A stretch of DNA of 26,812 nucleotides from a virus (taxonomy: Duplodnaviria > Caudoviricetes). Under the pieces are notes generated by a model. It searched no databases. It saw only the letters and a list, made by a program, of their open reading frames with translations, and was not told where the DNA came from. The stretch covers positions 1-26,812 of the IMG/VR virus record IMGVR_UViG_3300044535_001310; one strand, given 5' to 3'. The position numbers and the translations under genes are program-made. This document shows positions 17,801 through 25,107 of the stretch, piece after piece; the stretch's first letter is position 1, and every line of letters starts with the position of its first letter.

Positions 17801-20186
17801 TACCAGGTTCTATACTTGTGACAGAAAATACTGTTAACGTATTATCATAGTGAAATTTATTAATATTTGATGGATAGTTAAAAGTAACACTAATCCTATT
17901 CACACCTTGAGTTGGTCCTCCGGTCGTTGTCGTTGGTGTGTTATCAAAATATTTTTTTCTTGTATTATATATGTTAATTCTTTCTCCCGGTGGTAATGTA
18001 AGACCATATGAGCGAAGTTTTTCATCTCGTCCCGGCCTATTAAAATTATTTTTTGGGAACACCATTGCCGGTGACATTGTTGATTTATATATGTAAGGAT
18101 ATTTACCTCCTCCCGCAACACCCGCAATTCCTTGTGATACTATAACCGCACCTGTTTGAGCCTCTTGTTCTGGAAAACCTCTTGATATTGTATCTTGAGT
18201 TAACCCTTCAATAAATAACCCAGAATTTGATAATTGGGTTAATAATCCTTGTTGTGGTTGAGCTTCGTTTTGATTGCCTCCTGGAGCTGTTTCCTCCGGG
18301 TCACATTCGCATGCCTGACAATCAGGATAAGTTATCATCGGTAATTTAAGTCTACCGAATTTATAACTAACAATATCACTAAAATTTATAAGTATTAATG
18401 TCGCAACTAAACCATATAATATGAATAATGCAAGATGACCGGCAATTAACCCTAAAGTAGCACCAAATGCCGCACTTCCCGCGATTGCTCCAAACATCAA
18501 AGCCAAGTGTTGTACCGCCGTTTTATAGAATAACCCGGAAAGAAATAATAATAGAGGTACCGCAAAATTATTCCAAAGAAATGCTAAAAAATGATAAACT
18601 ATCAATAAAGGAATACCTATAATTTGAAAAATCTGTAAAATAATTGCAAAAACGAAATACAATAAATCAAAATTCCTAAAACCTTCATTAACTGGAAATT
18701 TATTAATGGTACTTTCACAATCTTGACTATCAATTTCTTTAATTCCAATAAATTGTCCTCTACCTCCATTTTTAAATTGGTCAATTAATGCCGAAACAGT
18801 ATAGACCTTATTAAATTGGAATTCGTAAAAAGTATCTTCACAATTAATGATTTCATTTAATCTAACAATATATTCCGAATTTGTGGTTGATGGTGATGTT
18901 TTACTAAATCCTTCAGTATACCCACTCCAAGCCAAACCAAAATAATATGAACTTCTTAATTTAGGACTATTTGACGGATTATCATTTGGGTCACTTGAAA
19001 TACCTATCCAACCATATTCTTTAACATTAGGAACCAAATAATATGGTCTTCTAACTTGTTCACTCAAATTAGGTGATTGCTGCCATTTTATTTTAAATCG
19101 GTATTTCGCTTTAGTTGGTATACCAACCGTTGGGTCGTTAGATAAAACCTTTTCTCCAAATTCATTCGTAATGAAATAATCCAAATTCATTGGTAGTTCC
19201 GTTAACCATGTTCCATTACCATCAATAATATTTCCGGATTGTTCCAACTGATGTTGTTCCAACACAGGATTACCATCAATATCTTGGTATATGGTTTGTC
19301 TAATAGTTAATATTTGTCCCGGACCGGCAACCAGCGAACAAAGATTACCCATGTCATCTGCAGGTCTTGCGTTTGGTCTAACTCTATAACTATCGGATGT
19401 TGAATAAATTGACCCCATGAATACTGCGGTTGGTTGGATATCAATATTGGCGTCATCCCTTAAATCAAAATCAAGTCGATTTATCGCAATATCACACAAT
19501 TCAGGGTCACCCCAAAGAGGTGATACTTCAACATCTTTAGTTAAATTAATGATTTGTGGTAATGAATTTAAGTCCGTAGAGGTTCTAAAACGATTTCCCG
19601 CAACTTGAGCATCAGTCGCCAAACCCATTCTTATTAAATCTTGTGGTGTTAGTGAGAATTCACCAATATCAGATAAGTCAACATCCATTACAAGACTATG
19701 ATTACCTTGTGGTACTCCCATTATCATATAATCACCACTATCGTTAGTTTTTACACTGTATTTATAATATTTGTCATAAATTTCAACTGCAGTCTCACCA
19801 GTCAATGAATCTAATCTTGAGGGTAATGTTCCAGTTGCAGAATGACTTGAGTAAGATTTCTCATATGGTAGTAAGTTATATCGATACCCATCTTCATTTT
19901 TATCATTAGGTGATTTGTATGGGTAAATACTTGAAATAATAGGGTTTGATTCGTCTATCGAAGTGATTGGGATAAATACAGACACTCTTGCGTTTGGAAG
20001 ACCAAAACCATTGTTTGCGGTAACTCTACCAACAATAACACCATATTGAGCACAACTTTTAGTATAAATGTCTTCTTGTTGTAATGTTAACGATAAAACC
20101 TCTAAAAATTCAAATTGTTGGTCTAGTTGAACATTAATTGACTTATTAATACCTAATTCTGTTTTTATTCTATATGATTGACCCAT
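14847..20186 (-). CDS. Large baseplate-associated protein with N-terminal carboxypeptidase-regulatory-like beta-sandwich and central hydrophobic helices (~1779 aa)
   Basis: GVIVGRVTANNGFGLPNARVSV...KTNDSGDYMIMGVPQGNHSL fits the transthyretin-like/CarboxypepD_reg pattern. ~100 aa hydrophobic block at 18380-18671, then CQACEC. ATG at 20186 (track start 20189 is TTG). Confidence 0.8.
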   Translation of the reverse strand: MGQSYRIKTELGINKSINVQLDQQFEFLEVLSLTLQQEDIYTKSCAQYGVIVGRVTANNGFGLPNARVSVFIPITSIDESNPIISSIYPYKSPNDKNEDGYRYNLLPYEKSYSSHSATGTLPSRLDSLTGETAVEIYDKYYKYSVKTNDSGDYMIMGVPQGNHSLVMDVDLSDIGEFSLTPQDLIRMGLATDAQVAGNRFRTSTDLNSLPQIINLTKDVEVSPLWGDPELCDIAINRLDFDLRDDANIDIQPTAVFMGSIYSTSDSYRVRPNARPADDMGNLCSLVAGPGQILTIRQTIYQDIDGNPVLEQHQLEQSGNIIDGNGTWLTELPMNLDYFITNEFGEKVLSNDPTVGIPTKAKYRFKIKWQQSPNLSEQVRRPYYLVPNVKEYGWIGISSDPNDNPSNSPKLRSSYYFGLAWSGYTEGFSKTSPSTTNSEYIVRLNEIINCEDTFYEFQFNKVYTVSALIDQFKNGGRGQFIGIKEIDSQDCESTINKFPVNEGFRNFDLLYFVFAIILQIFQIIGIPLLIVYHFLAFLWNNFAVPLLLFLSGLFYKTAVQHLALMFGAIAGSAAFGATLGLIAGHLALFILYGLVATLILINFSDIVSYKFGRLKLPMITYPDCQACECDPEETAPGGNQNEAQPQQGLLTQLSNSGLFIEGLTQDTISRGFPEQEAQTGAVIVSQGIAGVAGGGKYPYIYKSTMSPAMVFPKNNFNRPGRDEKLRSYGLTLPPGERINIYNTRKKYFDNTPTTTTGGPTQGVNRISVTFNYPSNINKFHYDNTLTVFSVTSIEPGTLLTFVNKNLSTDSNYLWSGSSSGYTINGINGIIKSKPFNTPVSYAVTQTTSSIVRYDVNGVNSECFLNLTISAITDGTLTYRTCPGVKIKQIVSANTQYNLYNENGISYESLAGTAEFALISSGETCQRYNYPSDIEYYQVLTAITINKKVVNGQTIYTVPGLGSENYGFYRELEAQNQGYLLQQFGGVNGDGWQSLSNPPDIWKINTSDFFSDFESQTILILQRGIDPYSPLMLNKYGIGKILGHPKENDVIITGMTRMNIPIQPLPVNSPISVQDHKLANQIFTSSYFYTPGIPSATLPGLIFSSYTTSNVGYYGALDASYTTPPPTNLSKKIISFGGPDFYGYGIYNFKTNYGGFNYSYNYRYGVSNFSWGTTNGVSVQLSSTDNIFANPTPLLPSLTKYEPDEDLSGAAYMYRGPFVTYFNRYFIENFSPLNVYFSPILLPQFLDATGSNAKLTINNGQTVMRTDRLPSSDTFDVQPYKPNDLTYLNNSVSLLQQNLSFAAYSFEGGLLYGSPGFSTGAQQVTANIEGQFAEAQLIETMNTCENMVGLNCYKGDGTNFIVEPNCQNVDTVENGCYVMVNRPLLDLTQDFETFSEWGYRFRFFYGLCRGVLSQSFTNNWVNGSLYTFPIQVDTKFNLFGQASSVFAKPLVYFDDKTNNFYYRSSPYQQTTGQFIGRPKTGLLQPVNNRNLLFPTTIVNLGMKDDIYQEIIFEPSTKGYIMKSLNPSSYSDTSDLVNLFVISRITNSGFLKKIISGLNNSLNELFTRDGNSRRIDGDLAQAMSINSEFGVIPFSPQFYNTNENPSPVNVVGYPNNPAIGIFFSSTTFDLQNKDYLSPGIINFRPSNNANAITYQYGIKSQRVPFYQWGLNNGNTIFGSEKNNWVTTNSIEGIFSQNYQSLSRRNPDSPTNPSYFMDSNSQGLGDIYKRGYLFGVDANGKYSNVLGNEDTKFLVGAPNHFYFGIIQGESALDKFKTKYSVDE

Positions 20187-20201
20187 CAAACTACTTTATT
20201 T

Positions 20202-20209
20202 AATAAATA
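20202..20209 (-). promoter_or_regulatory. TATTTATT variant of the upstream element
   Basis: GTATTTATTAAATAAAGTAGTTTG-ATG, 15 nt before the ATG at 20186; 7/8 match. Confidence 0.45.
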
Positions 20210-20281
20210 CTTTATATGGAATTTTTAAAAGAAAAATCCACATGATAAAATTATAAGTTAAAGTAAACTAAAGTGAACTTG

Positions 20282-22120
20282 TTATGAAAAAGTTATTGAT
20301 TGGAAATTTTTCACCGATATTCTAATATCTTTATTCGGATACCTAACTTGATAAACTTGAGATGGTTGAGCGAATATTGTATCGTCAACAGGACCAATTA
20401 ATTTTGTTTCTTCATTCTCATATGCCATAGATGTTTCCGCCGAAGAGTATTGTCCACCAACCTCATTAAAAATATCTATACTCGCAACCGTCAATACCCC
20501 ATTTGTATTTTGAATAATACTTCTAATTTCAGATAGGTAAACATTCTGACCTAATTGTCTTGTTTGTGGATTAAAATAAGCGGATACTTTGTCGACCACA
20601 CTAGCAATTACTTGCCCTGAATTTTGAGCGGAATCTAAAACAATAGAAATATCCATACTTAAATCAATTACTTCCGCACTGAAAATAGAAATGTAATCAT
20701 TCATCATTCTATAATTTGATAAATAATTCGCAATATTCTGTCTTAAAGTATTTGACACAATGTTAGTTAACTTACCTGAAGTGTCGTATGATAATATTTG
20801 AATTAAAATTTTATTATCGTTTTCTGTTATTGATACTTTAGCGGGTGCCCCAAATTGTGCCGGCATATTTCTAATTAATGATTCATAATCCTGTACCGTA
20901 ACAGCTCTTTTTTGTGCTGCGAAGTTAAATGAAACATAATTTCTAATTTCTTCTAATGAAGGAATTCCTGCACCACCAACCGCCGCGGTTACATTAACAC
21001 ATCTCAATGAATTAACAACGGATGAGTTTGTAACTTCAGAAGGTCCATTAACAAAAAATGAAACAGTTCCAATTTGATTAATAACATTTGTTCCTAAGTT
21101 TGTCGCCAATCCCCCTCCAACTCTATATTGAATAAATAATGTTGAATTTGGTGTTAGAGCGGCACCTAATGATAGATTATTAGAATATCTTTGTAATTCT
21201 AATGTAGCACCTAAAGTCGTAAATTGATTTAATTGGTCTTGAGCAGTATTAGTTCCTCCACCAAATGTCATTTTTTTAAATCCTTCTGGTGTGTATTCCG
21301 TAATAAATTTATTTTGAGTTTGAATATATCTTCCAACTTTAATTCCGGGTTGGTCCGAAACTTTTGTTGGGTCTTCAACAAATACTCTATCTTCCGCCAA
21401 CGCATCTACTTCATACCATCGATTGTCTAATCCTAAAAACTCTGCGGTTGTTGGTACATTAGTATAGTTCGTCCCATTTTTCAAAAGTACACTTGTAACC
21501 CCCAAAACATTTTTTTCAGGTAGAAATAATTCAAAGAATGGTCTAACATCATTCGCGTTAATAACTCTTTTGAATACTTTAGTTATTCCATTAACAACTA
21601 CCTCTCTTTTGGTAATCGTGTAATTAACTAAAACATTATTAGCGTTGAAGTTTGGAATCTTTAAACGATTTGGGAATCCTTGAGCATTGTATGGTGATGC
21701 AAAATCAATATCATAAACATTCTCAAATACAATACCCGCACCAACAACTTGAGACCCTCGAGCCAATGTTCCAAGATATCTCTCATCCTCTTTATCCCCA
21801 AAAGCAGGAACTGTGATTGAGAAGTCTACCAATGAAACAGATGGTCTTTGTCCCGGTAATTTTAATCCGTAAGTTCTTGCGATGTTATAAATTGACGACC
21901 TTTGTTGAGCATATTGTAGAACCGTTTCTTGAATACTTCGGTCAATATTATAATGTAGATTATCTGCAACCGCAGCATTTAAATCCAAAAATACGGAAAA
22001 TACAGAAGCGTCATTAAAATCCTGAATCAATTCAGGATAATAAGTTCTCGTATAATTTAAAAGGTCTGCCCTTATTGATTGATAATCTCTACTAGCGTAT
22101 GATATTCTGTTGTTTGCCAT
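20282..22120 (-). CDS. gp6: Baseplate wedge subunit, T4 gp6 / baseplate J-like (612 aa)
   Basis: N-terminal YASRDYQSIRADL..Y....YPE...DFN.AS.....LDL.A...D.L.Y..D....E.....AQQR.S...IA...G and GGA...SLEEIR......FAAQKRAVTVQDYE motifs; directly follows gp25. Confidence 0.9.
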   Translation of the reverse strand: MANNRISYASRDYQSIRADLLNYTRTYYPELIQDFNDASVFSVFLDLNAAVADNLHYNIDRSIQETVLQYAQQRSSIYNIARTYGLKLPGQRPSVSLVDFSITVPAFGDKEDERYLGTLARGSQVVGAGIVFENVYDIDFASPYNAQGFPNRLKIPNFNANNVLVNYTITKREVVVNGITKVFKRVINANDVRPFFELFLPEKNVLGVTSVLLKNGTNYTNVPTTAEFLGLDNRWYEVDALAEDRVFVEDPTKVSDQPGIKVGRYIQTQNKFITEYTPEGFKKMTFGGGTNTAQDQLNQFTTLGATLELQRYSNNLSLGAALTPNSTLFIQYRVGGGLATNLGTNVINQIGTVSFFVNGPSEVTNSSVVNSLRCVNVTAAVGGAGIPSLEEIRNYVSFNFAAQKRAVTVQDYESLIRNMPAQFGAPAKVSITENDNKILIQILSYDTSGKLTNIVSNTLRQNIANYLSNYRMMNDYISIFSAEVIDLSMDISIVLDSAQNSGQVIASVVDKVSAYFNPQTRQLGQNVYLSEIRSIIQNTNGVLTVASIDIFNEVGGQYSSAETSMAYENEETKLIGPVDDTIFAQPSQVYQVRYPNKDIRISVKNFQSITFS

Positions 22121-22125
22121 ATTAT

Positions 22126-22596
22126 TTAAATATTAATAATCACAAAATCACTTTGACCAAAAGTAGAACCATTGGTTGAGTAATCTATCCTTATTTTTGC
22201 AGTATATTCTGAAGTTCCTTTTCCCGGAAATCGATATATTGACGATTCGCTTGTTCCCACAAAATTTTGACCTGTTGCAATATCAACTTCTTCTTGTGGG
22301 TCGGCTGGTGTTATACTTAAACTATTAACCAATAAATTTGGCATAAAGTTTTCAATAGCGTCTCTTATATCAGATTCAATAGCGTTAAATGTTAATCCAT
22401 CAAATGGTTCAAAAAGAAATTCATATAATCTTGTACCAAATTCAGGTAGAAAATATCTCGAACCCTTTCTAGTTAACAATAGATGAATTAAATCAGCTTT
22501 AATTTCTTCTGATTGTAATTCTGTTAATTGTAAGTAGTTTCCTCTTAGAGAATCTCTAAACGGAAAATTAATACCATATGTAACACCATTAGCCAT
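22126..22596 (-). CDS. gp25: Baseplate wedge subunit, GPW/gp25 family (156 aa)
   Basis: GINFPF...IKADLIHLLLTRKGSRYFLPEFGTRLYEFLFEP...IRDAIENFMP is the gp25/GPW signature. Confidence 0.92.
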   Translation of the reverse strand: MANGVTYGINFPFRDSLRGNYLQLTELQSEEIKADLIHLLLTRKGSRYFLPEFGTRLYEFLFEPFDGLTFNAIESDIRDAIENFMPNLLVNSLSITPADPQEEVDIATGQNFVGTSESSIYRFPGKGTSEYTAKIRIDYSTNGSTFGQSDFVIINI

Positions 22597-22599
22597 AAC

Positions 22600-22633
22600 T
22601 ATAAATATACTCTTCTGTTTTTTCTTATAAATA
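22600..22633 (-). promoter_or_regulatory. Two TATTTATA elements at the head of the structural module
   Basis: Exact copies at 22626-22633 and 22600-22607 (29 and 3 nt before the gp25 ATG), immediately after the nrdA terminator. Confidence 0.65.
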
Positions 22634-22637
22634 GATT

Positions 22638-22674
22638 AAAAAAGAAAATCCCAACATATGTTGGGATTTTTATT
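22638..22674 (-). terminator. Rho-independent terminator after nrdA, probably bidirectional
   Basis: Perfect 26-bp palindrome aaaatcccaacatatgttgggatttt (22645-22670); T-rich tails TTTTCTTTTTT on the minus strand and TTTTTATTTT on the plus strand; begins 4 nt after the nrdA stop. Confidence 0.85.
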
Positions 22675-25095
22675 TTAAGAAGAACAACCGAAACATTCAA
22701 ATGGACTATCTTCGGGTTTAACCGATGTATTAATAATATCCACTTTAGGTATTTCGACTTTATTTTTAACTTGTTGTATTTTTGAAACATCAACCGCCAA
22801 GTGTTTTGCTCCTGTTGAAATCGCTTTAGTTCTTACATAATAACATAAAGTTTTTAAACCTTTTTCCCATGAATGGAAATGTGATGATGTAATTTTTGAT
22901 AATGTTGGATTAGCCATATAGATATTCATTGATTGTGATTGGTCAACGAATGGTGCTCTGTCTGCCGCCATATCAATCAATTCTCTTTGAGATATCTCCC
23001 AAATTGTTTTATACTTACTAATCAGGTGTTCAGCTCTTTTAACTTTCTTAAGATAATTTTTATCTTCCGGGTCAAGGTAGTTGTTAAAATTAATATTTTG
23101 GATAGACCCTTCATTCATAATGATTTCATTTTTCAAATCTTCACTCCAAATGCCCATCTTCTCAAAATCATTAATTAAGTATTTGTTTACGATTAATATT
23201 TCCCCTCCAACAACTCGTCTATTAAATAAGGCAGAGTGAGCTGGTTCGGTCATTTCAAATGAACCTGTAATCTTAGCTGAAGACGCTACAGGCATTTGAG
23301 CAGTGAACAAACTATTACAAACACCATATTTTTTAACATCTTCTTTTAGTAATGACCAATCCAAAAATAAATCAGTTTCACTTAATCCCCACATATCGAA
23401 TTGAAGAATACCTTTAGACATCGGAGAACCTTCAAAAAACTTATAAGGAGTTCTAACTCCTGACTTACATAATTCCATACTTTCAGTAACCGCTGCGAAA
23501 TAAATTGCTTCAAAAATGTTTTTATTTAAAGTTTTCGCCTCTTCTGAAGTGAAAATATAATCCATCAAGTAGAATACATCCGCCAATCCTTGTGTTCCAA
23601 TCGCAATTGCTCTTTGTTCAAGACCACCTTTTAACCCTTTTTCTGTTGAGTAGTTATTCTTATCAACCACATTATTCAATGCTCTAACAACTTTCCTTAC
23701 TTCACTGATTAACAAGTTATAATCGAATTTACCATCCTTAATGAAATTCTTTAATACCATTGATGATAGGGTACAAATTGCAGTAGTTTCCTCGTCCGTA
23801 TATTGGTAAATCTCATTACAAAGATTAGATTGTTTGATTACTCCAATGTTTTGGTGATTTGTCTTTCTATTAGCGTTGTCTTTTGAACATAGATATGGAA
23901 CTCCTGTTTCAATTTGAGACTCTACAATTTTTGTCCAAATCTCTTGAGCCTTGATTTTTTTTCCAAGCCCCATTTCAACAGCTTTATCATAATTTGATTC
24001 ATATTCATCCCCATAACATTCTTGTAGTGGTTTAATTCCCGCCTTAATAATTTCATTAGGACAAAATAGATACCAATCTCCACCTTCTCTAACTGCTCTC
24101 ATAAAATTATCCGGTATCCATAATGCCGTGAACAAGTCTCTTGCTCTCAACTCCTCAGCACCTGTATTCTTTTTAATTTCAAGTAAGTCAATAATATCTT
24201 TATGCCATGGTTCAAGGTAAATCGCCGCACTACCAGGTCTTCTTCCTTGTTGGTTAAAAAATCTCAATGACTCATTAACAATCTTAAGGTATTTCAATAA
24301 TCCACCGGCAAATCCACCAGATGAATTAATTCTACTTTCTTTACTTCTAATATTAGACATTGATAATCCAATACCCGCAGCATCCGAAGAATAAGTTGAG
24401 ATATCATTCAAAGTTTGTAATAAACCATTACGAGAATCTGAATTGTTGTAATGTAATACACAAGAAGCCAATTGAGGAACTTTAGTCCCCGAATTAATCA
24501 TAATTGGAGTTGCTGGTGATATTAATTGGTTCGATAATGAATTGTAATAATCCATCGCTTCTTCAAATGAATTTGTAACCCATATCGCAACCCTCATATA
24601 CATATGTTGAGGTCTTTCAATCACTTTACCTTGTGGTGTTTTTAACAAATACATTTCCTGTAATGACCTCCAAGCAAAATAGTCGAAATTATAATCATTA
24701 TCATGATTAATAACTTCATCAATTTTTTCCGGTCCGTAGTTATTGATAGTCTCAATAAACTTGTCATTAACCACTCCCGTTTCATAGAGTTCCATCATTG
24801 TCTCTGAAAAACTATCTTTAGTTTCCTTATGATACGCTGAAATAGCAACTGATGATGCTAGTCTTGAGTAGTCGTGGTGACTACCCGTATATGCCGCAGC
24901 GATTTCATAAACAAGTTTATCCAATTCTTTAGTTGTAATCAAACCTTCAGTTGGAACTGAAGTTATTACTTTTATAAAAATCTCGTCAGAATTAACATTT
25001 AATCCTTTCGCCGCTCTTTTAATTCTATTGTAAATTTTTTGAGGATTAAAGGGAGCATCCTCACCACCTCTTTTTTTAATTCTTAATGACATCAT
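22675..25095 (-). CDS. nrdA: Ribonucleoside-diphosphate reductase class Ia alpha subunit with ATP cone
   Basis: ATP cone (IKKRGG...FNPQKI..RI), SPATP, QLASC, SNLCNEI (catalytic N-x-C-x-E), AICTLSS, MPVASSA, YY pair (LCYYVRT), C-terminal CFGC. No intein or intron. Confidence 0.97.
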   Translation of the reverse strand: MMSLRIKKRGGEDAPFNPQKIYNRIKRAAKGLNVNSDEIFIKVITSVPTEGLITTKELDKLVYEIAAAYTGSHHDYSRLASSVAISAYHKETKDSFSETMMELYETGVVNDKFIETINNYGPEKIDEVINHDNDYNFDYFAWRSLQEMYLLKTPQGKVIERPQHMYMRVAIWVTNSFEEAMDYYNSLSNQLISPATPIMINSGTKVPQLASCVLHYNNSDSRNGLLQTLNDISTYSSDAAGIGLSMSNIRSKESRINSSGGFAGGLLKYLKIVNESLRFFNQQGRRPGSAAIYLEPWHKDIIDLLEIKKNTGAEELRARDLFTALWIPDNFMRAVREGGDWYLFCPNEIIKAGIKPLQECYGDEYESNYDKAVEMGLGKKIKAQEIWTKIVESQIETGVPYLCSKDNANRKTNHQNIGVIKQSNLCNEIYQYTDEETTAICTLSSMVLKNFIKDGKFDYNLLISEVRKVVRALNNVVDKNNYSTEKGLKGGLEQRAIAIGTQGLADVFYLMDYIFTSEEAKTLNKNIFEAIYFAAVTESMELCKSGVRTPYKFFEGSPMSKGILQFDMWGLSETDLFLDWSLLKEDVKKYGVCNSLFTAQMPVASSAKITGSFEMTEPAHSALFNRRVVGGEILIVNKYLINDFEKMGIWSEDLKNEIIMNEGSIQNINFNNYLDPEDKNYLKKVKRAEHLISKYKTIWEISQRELIDMAADRAPFVDQSQSMNIYMANPTLSKITSSHFHSWEKGLKTLCYYVRTKAISTGAKHLAVDVSKIQQVKNKVEIPKVDIINTSVKPEDSPFECFGCSS

Positions 25096-25107
25096 AATTT
25101 ATATGGT

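Noticed and set aside
7287-22596. Bacterial eCIS/T6SS/tailocin locus instead of a phage
   Set aside because: Directly linked to a gp41-like helicase and RNR in phage-style packing, with a long T4 gp6-like wedge; no Afp/Tss accessory genes seen.
22599-22793. 64 aa minus-strand ORF overlapping the nrdA 3' end
   Set aside because: Out-of-frame overlap that runs through the terminator and the upstream motifs.
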